NCBI GenBank assembly: GCA_963678065.2
Contig: CAXXVZ010000004.1
Span: forward strand, 64,001-128,000
DNA: 64,000 nt
Origin: Treponemataceae bacterium
Lineage (GTDB): Bacteria > Spirochaetota > Spirochaetia > Treponematales > Rectinemataceae
Reading direction: 5' to 3'
Of this stretch, positions 37,078 through 47,725 are shown in pieces. Each line of letters starts with the position of its first letter. Position 1 is the stretch's first letter. Under the pieces are notes generated by a model. The model was not told the DNA's origin. It worked only from the letters and a program-made list of their open reading frames with translations, and did no database searches. The translations under genes and the position numbers were made by a program.

Positions 37078-38271
37078 TCAGCCGCCTTCCGGGGCGGAGC
37101 GGGCAAAGCGGGCGGCGCATTCGATATGTCCCGTCTGGGGATAGAAATCATAGGCTTTCAGCGATGAGAGGGACCATCCGGAAGCCAGAAGGGCCCTTGT
37201 GTCCCTGGCTTGGGTAGCCGGGTCGCAGGAAACATAGAGCAGCTCGGGGGCGTCCACCCCTGCGAGCCAGTGCAGGACTTCGGGAGCCATACCCGTGCGC
37301 GGAGGGTCGGCGACGATCAGATCGAAATGCCCTGTGGCCCGTTTCCCCCTAACCCAGGTCTCGACGGGCTGCGCGTAGAACTCTCCCGCCCCCGCGGGAA
37401 GGTTCCTGCGGGCGCACTCGACCGAGCGGGCTTCGCTCTCGACACAGAGGACCGAGGCGTGCCGGCGCGCGAGGAAGTGCCCGAAAAGTCCGACCCCGCA
37501 ATAGAGGTCGGCGGCCCTGGAACCGGGGGAGGCCTGGCCATCGTCGACAAGGGGGTCATCGCCGGCGACCGTTTCCCCGACGAGGACCGAGAGGGCGCCG
37601 AGGTTGCTCTGGAAAAAACCTTTCAGGGAAAACAGGATCTCATCGCCCGCCACGGGGACTGAGGGCTCGCGATCCCGGCCTTCCACGAAAACATCGTCCG
37701 AGTATCCATACACGATGAACCTGTCGGCGCCACCCGTGAAGGGAAGAAGCTCCCTCTTCGGGTGTTGGCTCCGGGCGCGGGCCTCGAGCCAGCGGTTCAC
37801 CGCCGGGTCGGCTATGGGGCAGGAGGAGAGCGGAACGACATCGCCCGAATCCCTGCGCATGAAGCCGAGCTTTCCCTCCGGAGTCATGTGGACCTGCACG
37901 CGGTTGCGGTATCCGTAGGGACGAGATGCCGCGACGGCGACCTCTCCGGGGTCGAAGCCCGCGATGCGCCTGAAGGCCTCCGACACTATGGAAGACTTCG
38001 CTTTGAGTTGGCGGTCGTATGACATATGCTGGAGATTGCAGCCCCCGCAGATGCCGTAAAGGGGGCAGACAGGCTCGACGCGATCCGGGCTCGGTTCGAG
38101 GACATCGACAATCTCGGCCCTGAGCCAGTCCCTTCCCTCCTCGGATACCAGGGCACTCACCCGCTCTCCGGGAAGGGCGAATGGAACGAATACCGCCCTG
38201 CCTTCCAGGAAGGCGAGCCCCGCGCCTCCGGCGACGATTTTCTCGACGAACAGCTCGGTCATTCTTTCCAT
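37078..38271 (-). CDS. TRAM-domain RNA (uracil-5)-methyltransferase (RlmD/TrmA family)
   Basis: CPLYGICGGCNLQH, FFQSN, DLYCGVG, DPPRTG, YVSCDP, DFYPQTGHIE. Confidence 0.88.
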   Translation of the reverse strand: MERMTELFVEKIVAGGAGLAFLEGRAVFVPFALPGERVSALVSEEGRDWLRAEIVDVLEPSPDRVEPVCPLYGICGGCNLQHMSYDRQLKAKSSIVSEAFRRIAGFDPGEVAVAASRPYGYRNRVQVHMTPEGKLGFMRRDSGDVVPLSSCPIADPAVNRWLEARARSQHPKRELLPFTGGADRFIVYGYSDDVFVEGRDREPSVPVAGDEILFSLKGFFQSNLGALSVLVGETVAGDDPLVDDGQASPGSRAADLYCGVGLFGHFLARRHASVLCVESEARSVECARRNLPAGAGEFYAQPVETWVRGKRATGHFDLIVADPPRTGMAPEVLHWLAGVDAPELLYVSCDPATQARDTRALLASGWSLSSLKAYDFYPQTGHIECAARFARSAPEGG

Positions 38272-38447
38272 TGGATTTTCATCATACCTGCCGGCACCCG
38301 GACCGGCAAGCTCCCTCCCGGAGCATCGCTTAAGTCCAAGGTCCATCCGCGCAAACTTCCGGTTTTCCCCGTTCTGCTGTATACTGGGCCGAGAGAAGGT
38401 GGAGCCGCGCGACAGCGGGTCTCCCGCCTGCCCGAAAAGGAGCACCA

Positions 38448-39470
38448 ATGAAAGCCCTTGTCAAATCGAAGTCGGAACCGGGTCTCTGGATGGAAGACGT
38501 TCCGATGCCCGCCGTCAGCGACAACGATCTCCTCATAAAGGTCCGCAAGACCGCGATCTGCGGCACCGATGTCCATATATGGAAATGGGATGCCTGGGCG
38601 CAGAAGACTATCCGCATCGGCCAGACAGTCGGCCACGAGTTCGTAGGCGAAATCGTCGAGATGGGGCGAGCGGTGACCGGCTACCGGATCGGAGAACGGG
38701 TCTCCGCCGAGGGACACATCGTCTGCGGCGTCTGCAGGGCCTGCCGCGCCGGCAAAAGGCACCTCTGCCCGAATACCCGCGGCGTCGGCGTCAACCGCGA
38801 CGGCTGCTTCGCGGAGTACATCTCTGTGCCATCGTCAAACGCCTGGCATGTCCACGAATCCATTTCCGACGACATCGCGTCCATCTTCGACCCCTACGGC
38901 AACGCGACCCACACGGCTCTCTCCTTCGACATGGTCGGCGAGGACGTCCTCATAACAGGGGCGGGACCCATCGGATGCATGGCCTCGGCGATAGCCCGTC
39001 ACGTCGGCGCGAGGAATGTGGTGGTGACCGATGTCAACGACTACCGTCTCGATCTCGCCCGCAAGCTCGGAGCCACCCGCGCGGTCAATGTGGCCAGGGA
39101 AAGCCTGAAAGAAGTTCAGAAGGAACTCGGCATGGTCGGCGGCTTCGATGTGGGCATGGAGATGTCGGGAAGCCCTCAGGCCTTCGAGCAGATGCTGGAA
39201 AACATGTACAACGGCGGCCGCATAGCCCTCCTCGGTCTCCTGCCCAAGGGAGCCGGCATCGACTGGGAACAGGTCATCTTCAAGGGACTTTTCCTGAAAG
39301 GCATCTATGGTCGCGAGATCTTCGAGACCTGGTACAAGATGCAGACCATGCTCCTCTCCGGCCTCGACATATCGCCCGTCATCACCCACCGCTACGATTT
39401 CGACGATTTTGCCAAGGGATTCGGGGCCATGCTCTCGGGAAGTTCAGGAAAGGTCGTCTTAAGCTTCTGA
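38448..39470 (+). CDS. tdh: L-threonine 3-dehydrogenase
   Basis: [49 protein letters not shown]. Confidence 0.93.
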   Translation: MKALVKSKSEPGLWMEDVPMPAVSDNDLLIKVRKTAICGTDVHIWKWDAWAQKTIRIGQTVGHEFVGEIVEMGRAVTGYRIGERVSAEGHIVCGVCRACRAGKRHLCPNTRGVGVNRDGCFAEYISVPSSNAWHVHESISDDIASIFDPYGNATHTALSFDMVGEDVLITGAGPIGCMASAIARHVGARNVVVTDVNDYRLDLARKLGATRAVNVARESLKEVQKELGMVGGFDVGMEMSGSPQAFEQMLENMYNGGRIALLGLLPKGAGIDWEQVIFKGLFLKGIYGREIFETWYKMQTMLLSGLDISPVITHRYDFDDFAKGFGAMLSGSSGKVVLSF

Positions 39471-39569
39471 GTTCCGGCCTTCAAGTCCGCTGGAAAAATG
39501 CGCGGGTTGCCAGAGCTGCCTCCACACAGCTCTGGTAGCTCTGGTAGCTTTGGCAGCTCGCGCGGCCTG

Positions 39570-40967
39570 TCAGGAATCCGCGCTCTTCGGTCCCATCCAC
39601 TTGTCAGACAGAAGCCGGGGGATGAAGAAGGCGGAGCGGATGACCCAGTCCACCGCCATCGCGATCCAGATGCCGAGAACGCCGAATCCGAGGGGATGCG
39701 AGAGGAGCCAGCCGAGTCCCACGCGGAAGGTCCACATCGAGAATATCGCCACCCACATCGTGTACCTTCCGTCCCCCGCGCCCCGCAATCCGGACGGGAT
39801 GAGAAATGAGGTCCCCCAGAAGAGTGGACTCACCACGAGGAAGAAGCGCAACAGGGTCGAGGCCAGATCCACGACATCGGAACGGGGAGAAGACAAACCG
39901 ACGAGTAGATGGATGAAAGGAATGCCGGGGATAGCGACGAGGACGAGCGATGCCGCTCCGACGAGGAGCGAGGCCAGGACTATGCGCCGCGCAGCTTTCC
40001 GGTCGCCCGCGCCGAGGCAGCTGCTCACGAGAGGAGCCGCCGCCATGCTGAGGCTGCCGACAGGCACCTGAAGGACTCCCGCCGTCACACTCGCGAGGTA
40101 GTCGGCTGTCATGGCTATCTCGCCGAGCCCGGCGAGGAATGTCTGAGTGATGAGTTTGCCGCCATTGAACATGAGGGATTCCACGGAAGCGGGAATGCCG
40201 ACGATAAAGATAAGTCCCAGAGTGGCCCTGTCCGGTCTGAGATCACCGAGTCTGCGGAGCCGGACGGCCGATGATCCGCCCGCGAGAATGGCGAGGAAGA
40301 TGACGGCTCCCACGGCCCTCGCGCTCGTTATCGCCAGGGCCGCCCCGGCCGCCCCCATCGGCTTCGCCAGCTCGAGGCCCCCCACACTGAATCCGAAAAT
40401 GAAAACCCTTCCAGCGAGCACGTTGGCGACGTTCATGACGATATTGACCACCATCGGCGTGCGCGTATCTCCCGCACCGCGGAGAACCCCGGAAGCGGCG
40501 AGCGTGACTGCGAGGAGGGGATAGCCGAGTGCCGTGATGAAAAGGTAAGTCCTCGCGTTGGCTCGGACAGGAGGAGGGGACATCCCGTAGAGGAGGTCGA
40601 CGACAGGGCGGGCGAACAGCGCCATCACGAGACCGAGGGCGAGGGAGCCGGCGACGCTGACGAGGAGTGCCTGCCCCGCCCCTTTCCGGGCGGATCCAGG
40701 ATCCCCCGCACCGATGTGGCGCGCGACGACGACCGTCCCGCCCAAGGCCAGCGCCGAGAGAATGGAGATGACAATGTTGGTGATGGCGTTCACGAGTCCC
40801 ACCGCCGATGCCACATCGGTTCCGGCGGAACTCGCCATGCCCGCATTGACCATTCCCATCATGGTGATGAAACCTTGCTCCGCCATGAGGGGAAGGACAA
40901 AGGGGAGTATCGTTCCTGTGATATCCTGTCGGAAACCGGAGAGACTGCGCGCGCGAAGCATTTTCAT
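39570..40967 (-). CDS. MATE family efflux transporter
   Basis: About 12 TM helices; duplicated LRGAGD motif. Confidence 0.88.
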   Translation of the reverse strand: MKMLRARSLSGFRQDITGTILPFVLPLMAEQGFITMMGMVNAGMASSAGTDVASAVGLVNAITNIVISILSALALGGTVVVARHIGAGDPGSARKGAGQALLVSVAGSLALGLVMALFARPVVDLLYGMSPPPVRANARTYLFITALGYPLLAVTLAASGVLRGAGDTRTPMVVNIVMNVANVLAGRVFIFGFSVGGLELAKPMGAAGAALAITSARAVGAVIFLAILAGGSSAVRLRRLGDLRPDRATLGLIFIVGIPASVESLMFNGGKLITQTFLAGLGEIAMTADYLASVTAGVLQVPVGSLSMAAAPLVSSCLGAGDRKAARRIVLASLLVGAASLVLVAIPGIPFIHLLVGLSSPRSDVVDLASTLLRFFLVVSPLFWGTSFLIPSGLRGAGDGRYTMWVAIFSMWTFRVGLGWLLSHPLGFGVLGIWIAMAVDWVIRSAFFIPRLLSDKWMGPKSADS

Positions 40968-41115
40968 GATCGCGGCAACTATACCGGATACCCCGCATCG
41001 AGGCTACCGTTCGCTATTCCTGACAGTTCAGGCAAAGCTGCCGCAAACAGTGCGGCGGACGGTGCGGGAGGGCCGTATTGTAGATAGACAGGGTGGATGA
41101 TATAGTTGAAACACT

Positions 41116-42921
41116 TTGAGGAAACACCATTCCCGTTCCGGCGATGGCCAGGAAGGCCAAGGCAAGGACAATTCCGGTCCCGACAGACCCGACACCAGAC
41201 AGGCTCGCCCGGACCGCAGGCCCGAAAACAAACCACAGCCGAAAGGCTTCAACCGCGGACAGGGCGGCAATCCCCGCCCCGAAGGCCTCTCCGCTTCCGG
41301 CCAGGAGGGAAAAGGCGACAGGGCCCACATTCGCAGCCAAAAACCTTCTCAGGAAAATCGCCAGCCCCGTCAGCCCCCCGTGACCCGCCATGGAGAAAGC
41401 GGATTCGACGCGAAGCAGCAAGGTAGGAGGAATGACTACCAGGGCCGGCCGACCGTCTTTCCCGGCATGGGACAGGCCGGAATGCCCTATGGGCGCGAGA
41501 CGGTCTCGCCCCTCTCCGCTCACGCTCCCGGCGGATCAGGCGCACAAAGGCCCTACATCCGGCGCAGGGCCGGGTATACGACCCCGGCGCCTCTCGCGCC
41601 TGCAGAGCCCGCCACCCGCATTTTCGAATCTCTGGAGCCCTCTGCGGAGAGCCTCGCGGTCATTGCCAAGCTCGGCGTATCCATCGACGAAGCCCAACCT
41701 CTCTCCCCGAAACACCGCGCCAGCCTCAGGCAGGACATTCGCAAACTCTGGGAAGAACTCACTTCCAACAAGGAATCGCGGAACGCCGAGTATCTCGGCA
41801 GCCCTGCATCCCTCTCCGCCTATGTCCGCTACTTTCTGCCCTGGAACGTATTCAGGCTTTCCGCTATCTTTTCCAACGCCGACTTCTGCCTTCCTCCTGA
41901 CGCTGTCCTCATCGACATCGGCTCCGGTCCGCTCACCATGCCGATCGCCCTCTATGTATCCCGGCCGGAACTGCGCGATCTGCCCCTGACCATCTACTGC
42001 ATGGACAGGGTCGAGCGGATCGTCGAGGCAGGCAGGGTCATCTTCGAGACTCTCTGCCTCAAGACCGAAGGCAGGATGCCCCCCTGGACTATCAAGACGG
42101 TCCGTGAATCTTTCGGCGCCGTCTTCGCGGAACGCGCGCATCTCGTGACGGCAGTCAATGTGTTCAACGAATTCTTCTGGAAAAGCAGGAGCCCCCTCGG
42201 CGAACGGGCCATCGAAACCGCCCGCACACTTCTTTCCTACACGCGGGAGAACGGCAGCCTCTTCGTCATGGAGCCGGGAGATCCCCGCTCGGGGGCATTC
42301 ATATCCGCCCTCCGGGCAGCCCTCATCACCGAAGGAGCGAGCCCCCTCGGCCCCTGCCCCCACGCCATGGACTGCCCCATGCCTGGCATTTTCCGCCGCC
42401 TCGCGCCCGACCACAGGGAGGACGACGACATCGAGCCCGGCAACCGGAAAGACCCCAACTCCGGGACATCCGCCTATGCCCTCCATCCGGTCGTCATGCC
42501 CAAAAAACGCGACAAGTATCCCTGGTGCCATTTCGGCATCGGAACGGAGAAGGCTCCCTCCTGGCTCTCCGCCCTCTCCGAAGAAGCGGGACTTCCCAAG
42601 GATAGGGCCGTCCTCTCCTATCTCTGGGCCGTTCGCAAACCCCGCACCCGCCTGTCCGCTCCCCTCGGCGACACCGCCGTCCACACGGAAAAAGAGCGGA
42701 GAGCCCGCGCCGGCACAGGCATCCTCGTCCGCGTCGTCTCCGACCCCTTCGCACTCGGAGATGGAGCCTGCGGCCAGTACGCCTGCTCCAACCTCGGCTA
42801 CACCCTCCTTAAAGGGATGCGCGGTTCCAGGAGCTTCGAGCCCGGCACCCTCCTCGAACTCCAGACCAGGGTCCAGCCGGGAACCGACGAAAAATCAGGA
42901 GCGATCATACTTCCCTATTGA
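41116..42921 (+). CDS. Rsm22-like SAM-dependent methyltransferase with a low-complexity N-terminus
   Basis: AYVRYFLPWN, IDIGSGP, MEPG, GPCPH..CP, WCHF; start uncertain. Confidence 0.7.
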   Translation: MRKHHSRSGDGQEGQGKDNSGPDRPDTRQARPDRRPENKPQPKGFNRGQGGNPRPEGLSASGQEGKGDRAHIRSQKPSQENRQPRQPPVTRHGESGFDAKQQGRRNDYQGRPTVFPGMGQAGMPYGRETVSPLSAHAPGGSGAQRPYIRRRAGYTTPAPLAPAEPATRIFESLEPSAESLAVIAKLGVSIDEAQPLSPKHRASLRQDIRKLWEELTSNKESRNAEYLGSPASLSAYVRYFLPWNVFRLSAIFSNADFCLPPDAVLIDIGSGPLTMPIALYVSRPELRDLPLTIYCMDRVERIVEAGRVIFETLCLKTEGRMPPWTIKTVRESFGAVFAERAHLVTAVNVFNEFFWKSRSPLGERAIETARTLLSYTRENGSLFVMEPGDPRSGAFISALRAALITEGASPLGPCPHAMDCPMPGIFRRLAPDHREDDDIEPGNRKDPNSGTSAYALHPVVMPKKRDKYPWCHFGIGTEKAPSWLSALSEEAGLPKDRAVLSYLWAVRKPRTRLSAPLGDTAVHTEKERRARAGTGILVRVVSDPFALGDGACGQYACSNLGYTLLKGMRGSRSFEPGTLLELQTRVQPGTDEKSGAIILPY

Positions 42922-42946
42922 CAGGGAAGGCCCGTATCTATATAGT
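42918..42946 (+). promoter_or_regulatory. Near-consensus promoter for the tRNA genes
   Basis: TTGACA-N17-TATAGT, 22 nt before tRNA-Asp. Confidence 0.8.
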
Positions 42947-42968
42947 CCATCTTCGTCGACACCGACAC

Positions 42969-43042
42969 GGGGGCGTAGCGAAGCTGGTTATCGCGCTGGC
43001 CTGTCAAGCCGGAGATCGCGGGTTCGAGCCCCGTCGCTCCCG
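42969..43042 (+). tRNA. tRNA-Asp(GTC)
   Basis: Cloverleaf: acceptor GGGGGCG/CGCTCCC, anticodon arm CTGGC-CTGTCAA-GCCGG, T loop TTCGAGC; CCA not encoded. Confidence 0.95.
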
Positions 43043-43065
43043 ATTTCGTCCGCGAGGGCGAGAAC

Positions 43066-43094
43066 AATCCCGTCCTTTAAAGACGGGATTTTTT
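43066..43094 (+). terminator. Intrinsic terminator-like hairpin between the two tRNAs
   Basis: AATCCCGTC-CTTTAAA-GACGGGATT followed by a T run. Confidence 0.65.
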
Positions 43095-43106
43095 GTTTCT
43101 GATCTG

Positions 43107-43179
43107 CGGGCTGTAGCGCAGGGGCTAGCGCGCTTGGTTCGGGACCAAGAGATCGGTGGTTCAAATCCACTCAGCCCGA
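43107..43179 (+). tRNA. tRNA-Pro(CGG)
   Basis: Acceptor CGGGCTG/CAGCCCG, anticodon arm CTTGG-TTCGGGA-CCAAG, T loop TTCAAAT. Confidence 0.95.
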
Positions 43180-43181
43180 CT

Positions 43182-43215
43182 AAAAAAGACCGTCAGGAAT
43201 GACGGTCTTTTTTTT
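43182..43215 (+). terminator. Intrinsic (bidirectional) terminator after tRNA-Pro
   Basis: AAAAAAGACCGTCA-GGAA-TGACGGTCTTTTTTTT. Confidence 0.85.
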
Positions 43216-43358
43216 ATACCATAACAAATTACCATTAATATTTCGGAATCTATATACAACACAACTACATGACTCGATACTCGCATTTTCGTTCCCGAAA
43301 GAGTAGGAAGTGTCTGGAACGTGCCAGTAAGACAAAAACTTTACTTTTGAGGGGCTCT

Positions 43359-44711
43359 ATGGCGGAGAACTATCGCCTCCACAAGAGGAACTACAAACGG
43401 GATAATGGAGAAGAATATTTTACATGGTGGTACTCGTGCTGGGAAAATGGAAAGAGGGAACGGGCTCCTGCCGGCTATAAATGCACCATAAAACGCGAGG
43501 CACAAGAGTTCGTCGACGCTCTCCAGACGAGGCGAAAAAACGAGAAAAAGAAGGCCGCCGAAGCCACGGCCCTTGCTGCACTGCCTGAGCCAGTGCAGGC
43601 CGCCCTTGGGATCACTACCCTGCCGGAGGCCATCCCCCACTCGGTAATAAAGGCATCTAGGCGAATCCCTACCCTCCGCGAGTATGCGACCGGACTTTTC
43701 CTACCCCTGTCAAAGTACCTGAGGCGCCAGGAAGTCACTGACGGCATCAAAATCGCCGAGGAAACTCGGAAGGGGCACCGTGGGAGGCTCGACAACTACA
43801 TAATCCCCCAATGGGGATCGTATCCACTGGTATATTTCGAAAGGCCGGATTTTGTCCTCGAATGCCATGACTGGCTCGTCGATATCCGAAGGACCGATGG
43901 CGGACCTGCCTCTGGATCGCTGCGCAACAACATCGTGGAGACCTTTTCGATCACCCTCCGATCCGCCCGGCATGATCGATTGATCAAAAATGTTCCGAAA
44001 CTCAAACGGTTTGTACGGATGTCAAAACGGCAGGATACACTGTCTCTTCAGGAGCTCGAGCGGCTATTCCCCGCCTCGCGCGACGCATTGGCCGGCATAT
44101 GGACGCTCGAGGACCATCGCGACAACCAGAAGGTCGGCATCATGCTCGCGGCCGCGTTCTGCTTGTCGGTTTCATGCGGCCTACGATCTGGCGAGTTTCG
44201 GGCGATCATCCGGGAGAACATCCTCCGCCTTCGCGCACCGAATGGGACCCCGGTTTACCTCATCCTCGTCATGGAGTCTATCCACGCACGCAGGCAAGTG
44301 GGCAAGCTCAAGAAGGCGACCGAGGCGGAGTCTCGTGCCCGAGTCGTTCAGGCGTCCGGGAGAACGATCGATATTTTGGATCTCTGGCTCGCCGAGTCTG
44401 GGATCGCCTCGGGGCCGTTGTTCTTGTTCCGGGGTCGGTATATGACCAAGGAGTTTGTCAACCGCCGCTGGAAGGCCGGTCTCGAGCAAGCAGGGATAGA
44501 TACTACCGAGAGGCGATTGACCATGCACTCGGCCCGGTACACCTATACGAGCCAGATGAGGAGGCTTCTCTCCCCTCAGATCCTGCAGGAATTCACGGGG
44601 CACCGGTCGGCCGAGATGACTGACCTCTACGACAATCCGCACCTCGAGGATCTTGTCAGGCAGATCGCGGCCTCGAGCTCCGCGGAGGCAGTGGAGAAGT
44701 TTTGGGGGTGA
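43359..44711 (+). CDS. Tyrosine recombinase/integrase
   Basis: Catalytic residues GLRSGE, MHSARYTY, TGH, TDLY; 3' of tRNA-Pro. Confidence 0.88.
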   Translation: MAENYRLHKRNYKRDNGEEYFTWWYSCWENGKRERAPAGYKCTIKREAQEFVDALQTRRKNEKKKAAEATALAALPEPVQAALGITTLPEAIPHSVIKASRRIPTLREYATGLFLPLSKYLRRQEVTDGIKIAEETRKGHRGRLDNYIIPQWGSYPLVYFERPDFVLECHDWLVDIRRTDGGPASGSLRNNIVETFSITLRSARHDRLIKNVPKLKRFVRMSKRQDTLSLQELERLFPASRDALAGIWTLEDHRDNQKVGIMLAAAFCLSVSCGLRSGEFRAIIRENILRLRAPNGTPVYLILVMESIHARRQVGKLKKATEAESRARVVQASGRTIDILDLWLAESGIASGPLFLFRGRYMTKEFVNRRWKAGLEQAGIDTTERRLTMHSARYTYTSQMRRLLSPQILQEFTGHRSAEMTDLYDNPHLEDLVRQIAASSSAEAVEKFWG

Positions 44712-44745
44712 ATGGGCACAACCGTACCACCGAAAAAAACAGTGG

Positions 44746-45600
44746 TTATTTTTTCGGGAGTAACCCTATCTTTTTGTCAGAATTAATAAACCCCTTCGAG
44801 GTGCTCTTCAGGTCTGATTTGATCTTTTTGATATCCTCAGCAACTTCTAGCCGTTCGGGCATCGTTCCACCGAGTTCGGCTATAGATTTTCTGACAGCCT
44901 TGCCAACCTCGAGAGCAGCCTCTTCGAGATTGTACTGCCCCTTGACGCCTTCACGCCGTATCTTTGCTTCGGTCTGGGTGATCCTGAATATATTCGCGCC
45001 AAGTTCTTCTGGTCCCATGAAGTCCAATGGTGTTCTGCTGTCGGGAATATTACGCTTGTCCTTCAATTTCTTCAGAGGCATATTGTATAGCCCGGTATAT
45101 CCTGCGCTCTGAAAGAGTGCGAAGTTCTCCAGCCCTCGAGAATGGGCGGCGGCATTCAGAGTTTTTTCATGGTCAGAAAATTCATCTCGCAAGATGATCC
45201 GCTCAATATCTCCGTGATCCTGCTTGTACTTCTGGAATAAATCAGCCAATGCGGCGAAATACACCTGGGCATGCGCAACATGAGGTTTCTTTGAGTCGGC
45301 GTTCATGGAAATGAGGTAACAGGCGAAGCGAGAAAGTTTGAGGTCTTTCACTCGCTTGCCATCAACTTCAATCCAGTCTTCCTGGAAGTGCTCGGTGATT
45401 TCAATATTCAGCGAGATGCATACCTGTATGGCTTTTTGGATAGGCTTCAATTTTGGGCTATACTCGGCATATCCCAATTCCTTCATGAACATAGACGCCA
45501 TCCAGTAGAGCATTCCGTTCTGGCGGGAGAGGTCTTCGATAGAAGGACGGTCTTCGTCGAAATGGAAAAGGTCAACTTCTTTCATCTCAGGATCAGTCAT
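44746..45600 (-). CDS. DinD/BRO-like DNA damage-inducible protein
   Basis: LSRFACYLISMNADSKK..AQVYFA, GYTGLY, LDFMGPEELGANIFRITQTE, GGTMPE. Confidence 0.8.
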   Translation of the reverse strand: MTDPEMKEVDLFHFDEDRPSIEDLSRQNGMLYWMASMFMKELGYAEYSPKLKPIQKAIQVCISLNIEITEHFQEDWIEVDGKRVKDLKLSRFACYLISMNADSKKPHVAHAQVYFAALADLFQKYKQDHGDIERIILRDEFSDHEKTLNAAAHSRGLENFALFQSAGYTGLYNMPLKKLKDKRNIPDSRTPLDFMGPEELGANIFRITQTEAKIRREGVKGQYNLEEAALEVGKAVRKSIAELGGTMPERLEVAEDIKKIKSDLKSTSKGFINSDKKIGLLPKK

Positions 45601-46177
45601 TACAGCCCCCTGAATCAGTATACCCCTCATTTCGGGAGGCAGCGATTATAATCTGAAAAAACTTTGGGTATAGTCAATCCTACCTGGGCGACATACTTCC
45701 ATTACGCTGGTTCCGGGGCTGTTTTCTTGTTGAATCAGATTTCCCCCCCATCACAAGGTGATCGAGCCCCTGAGCGCGATGAAGCATTCTCGCACCAATT
45801 CTTCAGATCTGCCAGCGAGATTTTTCGACCTGCAAGGAAACACTGTCAAGCTTTCAACTCATTTTTGTACTTTACATACGTATAGTTGTACGATACATTC
45901 CAGCAATGAAACTTCCTGCCGATATGATCGATTCGATATTACTCGAGCATTATGAGACAGGTATCCTTCGGATATCCCTGACGGATCGATCGACCTCATC
46001 CTCACCGATCCGCCCTATGGGGTCACCGATCTTGCGTGGGACAAGCGGCCGGACCTCGATTTCATGTGGAAGGAGTTCAACTGGAAATGGTAAACTGAAT
46101 TCCCCAGCAGTTGGCAAATAGGATTCCCCACCCACAGGGGCCTTGGCCGCTATGCTTGCGAGCATGCGGCACAAGAA

Positions 46178-47725
46178 ATGAGTACCATGAAGGACTACAA
46201 CATCGTACGAACAGGGCACAGGCAAGGACTCACAGTCAGCGCACTAGCGGTAAAACTTGGCAAGGACCGCAAGACCGTGAGAAAGTACCTGCGCATGGAC
46301 AATGACCAATTCTTACGGTATCTCGAGCGAATGGCAGAACGCGGTAAGGCTTTTTCGGTCTACAAGGACGAAATCCTCGAGATTTTTAAAAAGAACCACG
46401 AAGGCAGAATGGTCTACTCATCGTCCGTCCACGACTACTTAAGCGAGAAATACGGAGAGCTTCCAGGCTCGGACCGTACGTTGCGGAACTACCTGACGTA
46501 TCTCAAGGCATCCGGTGCGATTAAGGTGGGCCTGTGTCGGGAATATCGTCCTGTGGAGCCTCTGGCCTACGGCAAGCAGGCTCAGATTGATTTCGGCGTA
46601 GAGACGACGAACATCGGAAAGGCTTGGTTTGTTGTCGTAGTACTCTCACGAAGCCGTTACCGCTACGTAGCGGCCCAATCCAGGCCCTTTACCAGCGAGG
46701 ATGTGATCGGCCATCTCCTGGACGCCTTCGAGTTTTTTGGCGGTATCACCGAAGAACTCGTCATGGATCAGGACCGGACAATGATTGTGACGGAAAACCT
46801 TGGCGACCTCACGACGACAAAAGCCTTTGCTGAGTTCGTCGCAGAACAGGGACTGCGGCTCCGTGTCTGCCGTGCGGCCGATCCGGAATCGAAAGGAAAG
46901 GTCGAGAATGCGGTCAAATACGTCAAAACGAGCTATTTCTCGAGCCGCAGCTTCGCGACCTTCGACGAACTCCAGGCAGGCATGCGCAAATGGCTCTTAC
47001 GAGTGAACGCAAAACTGAGCCAAGCCACGCGTCTCATGCCGCTCGCGGACTTCGAAGCGCACGAGAAACCCGTCTTGCGGGCGCTCCGAGCGTCTATTTT
47101 CCGCGCGGACACCGCATCGGGCTGCCGAGAGAGCCGTAACGTGGATCAGAAAAGCCTTATATCGATCGCCGCGACCAGGTACTCGGTGCCGAACTCGTAC
47201 CGGCTCAACGAGGTCACTATCGAGCGCAAGGACGGACTCATCCTGGTATTCGATACGAAGACGGGTATCCAGATCGCGGCGCATCGCGAAGCGGCAACAC
47301 CCGGCGGAACGGTGCTGGACAAGGCTCACTATCGCGATCGCGAAGGATCCCAGGAAACGCTCCGCGCGGATCTTGTCGCCGCAGTAGATGATCTTCCCGA
47401 GTGGGGGAGCTTCGTCGATGGTATCTATACCGAGTATCGACGCTACTTCCGGGAGCACGCTGGCCGACTTCGGAAGCTTCTCAAGCGCAACATCGACAGA
47501 GAGAAACTCGTGCTTGCATTGAAGTTCTGCCTGGATAGAGGACTTGCAAGCGCCCAGGATCTCATCGACGCGGTCAACAGCACGACGCCAGTGCCCGCAG
47601 TGGCGCCTTCGCCGTACCGCGGCCTTCATCAAACCAGAGACCTTCCACTAGTTGCCACACGCTCGGTCAGCGAGTATCAGCGATTCCTCGACGCGCTCGT
47701 CGATACGCAGAGGCACGAAGAATGA
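46178..47725 (+). CDS. istA: IS21 transposase
   Basis: N-terminal HTH, QAQIDFG, LVMDQ, PESKGKVE. Confidence 0.92.
   Translation: MSTMKDYNIVRTGHRQGLTVSALAVKLGKDRKTVRKYLRMDNDQFLRYLERMAERGKAFSVYKDEILEIFKKNHEGRMVYSSSVHDYLSEKYGELPGSDRTLRNYLTYLKASGAIKVGLCREYRPVEPLAYGKQAQIDFGVETTNIGKAWFVVVVLSRSRYRYVAAQSRPFTSEDVIGHLLDAFEFFGGITEELVMDQDRTMIVTENLGDLTTTKAFAEFVAEQGLRLRVCRAADPESKGKVENAVKYVKTSYFSSRSFATFDELQAGMRKWLLRVNAKLSQATRLMPLADFEAHEKPVLRALRASIFRADTASGCRESRNVDQKSLISIAATRYSVPNSYRLNEVTIERKDGLILVFDTKTGIQIAAHREAATPGGTVLDKAHYRDREGSQETLRADLVAAVDDLPEWGSFVDGIYTEYRRYFREHAGRLRKLLKRNIDREKLVLALKFCLDRGLASAQDLIDAVNSTTPVPAVAPSPYRGLHQTRDLPLVATRSVSEYQRFLDALVDTQRHEE

Noticed and set aside
39528..39559. Short tandem repeat AGCTCTGGT x2 plus a degenerate copy
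   Set aside because: Only about three units between convergent genes; looks like a simple slippage repeat.
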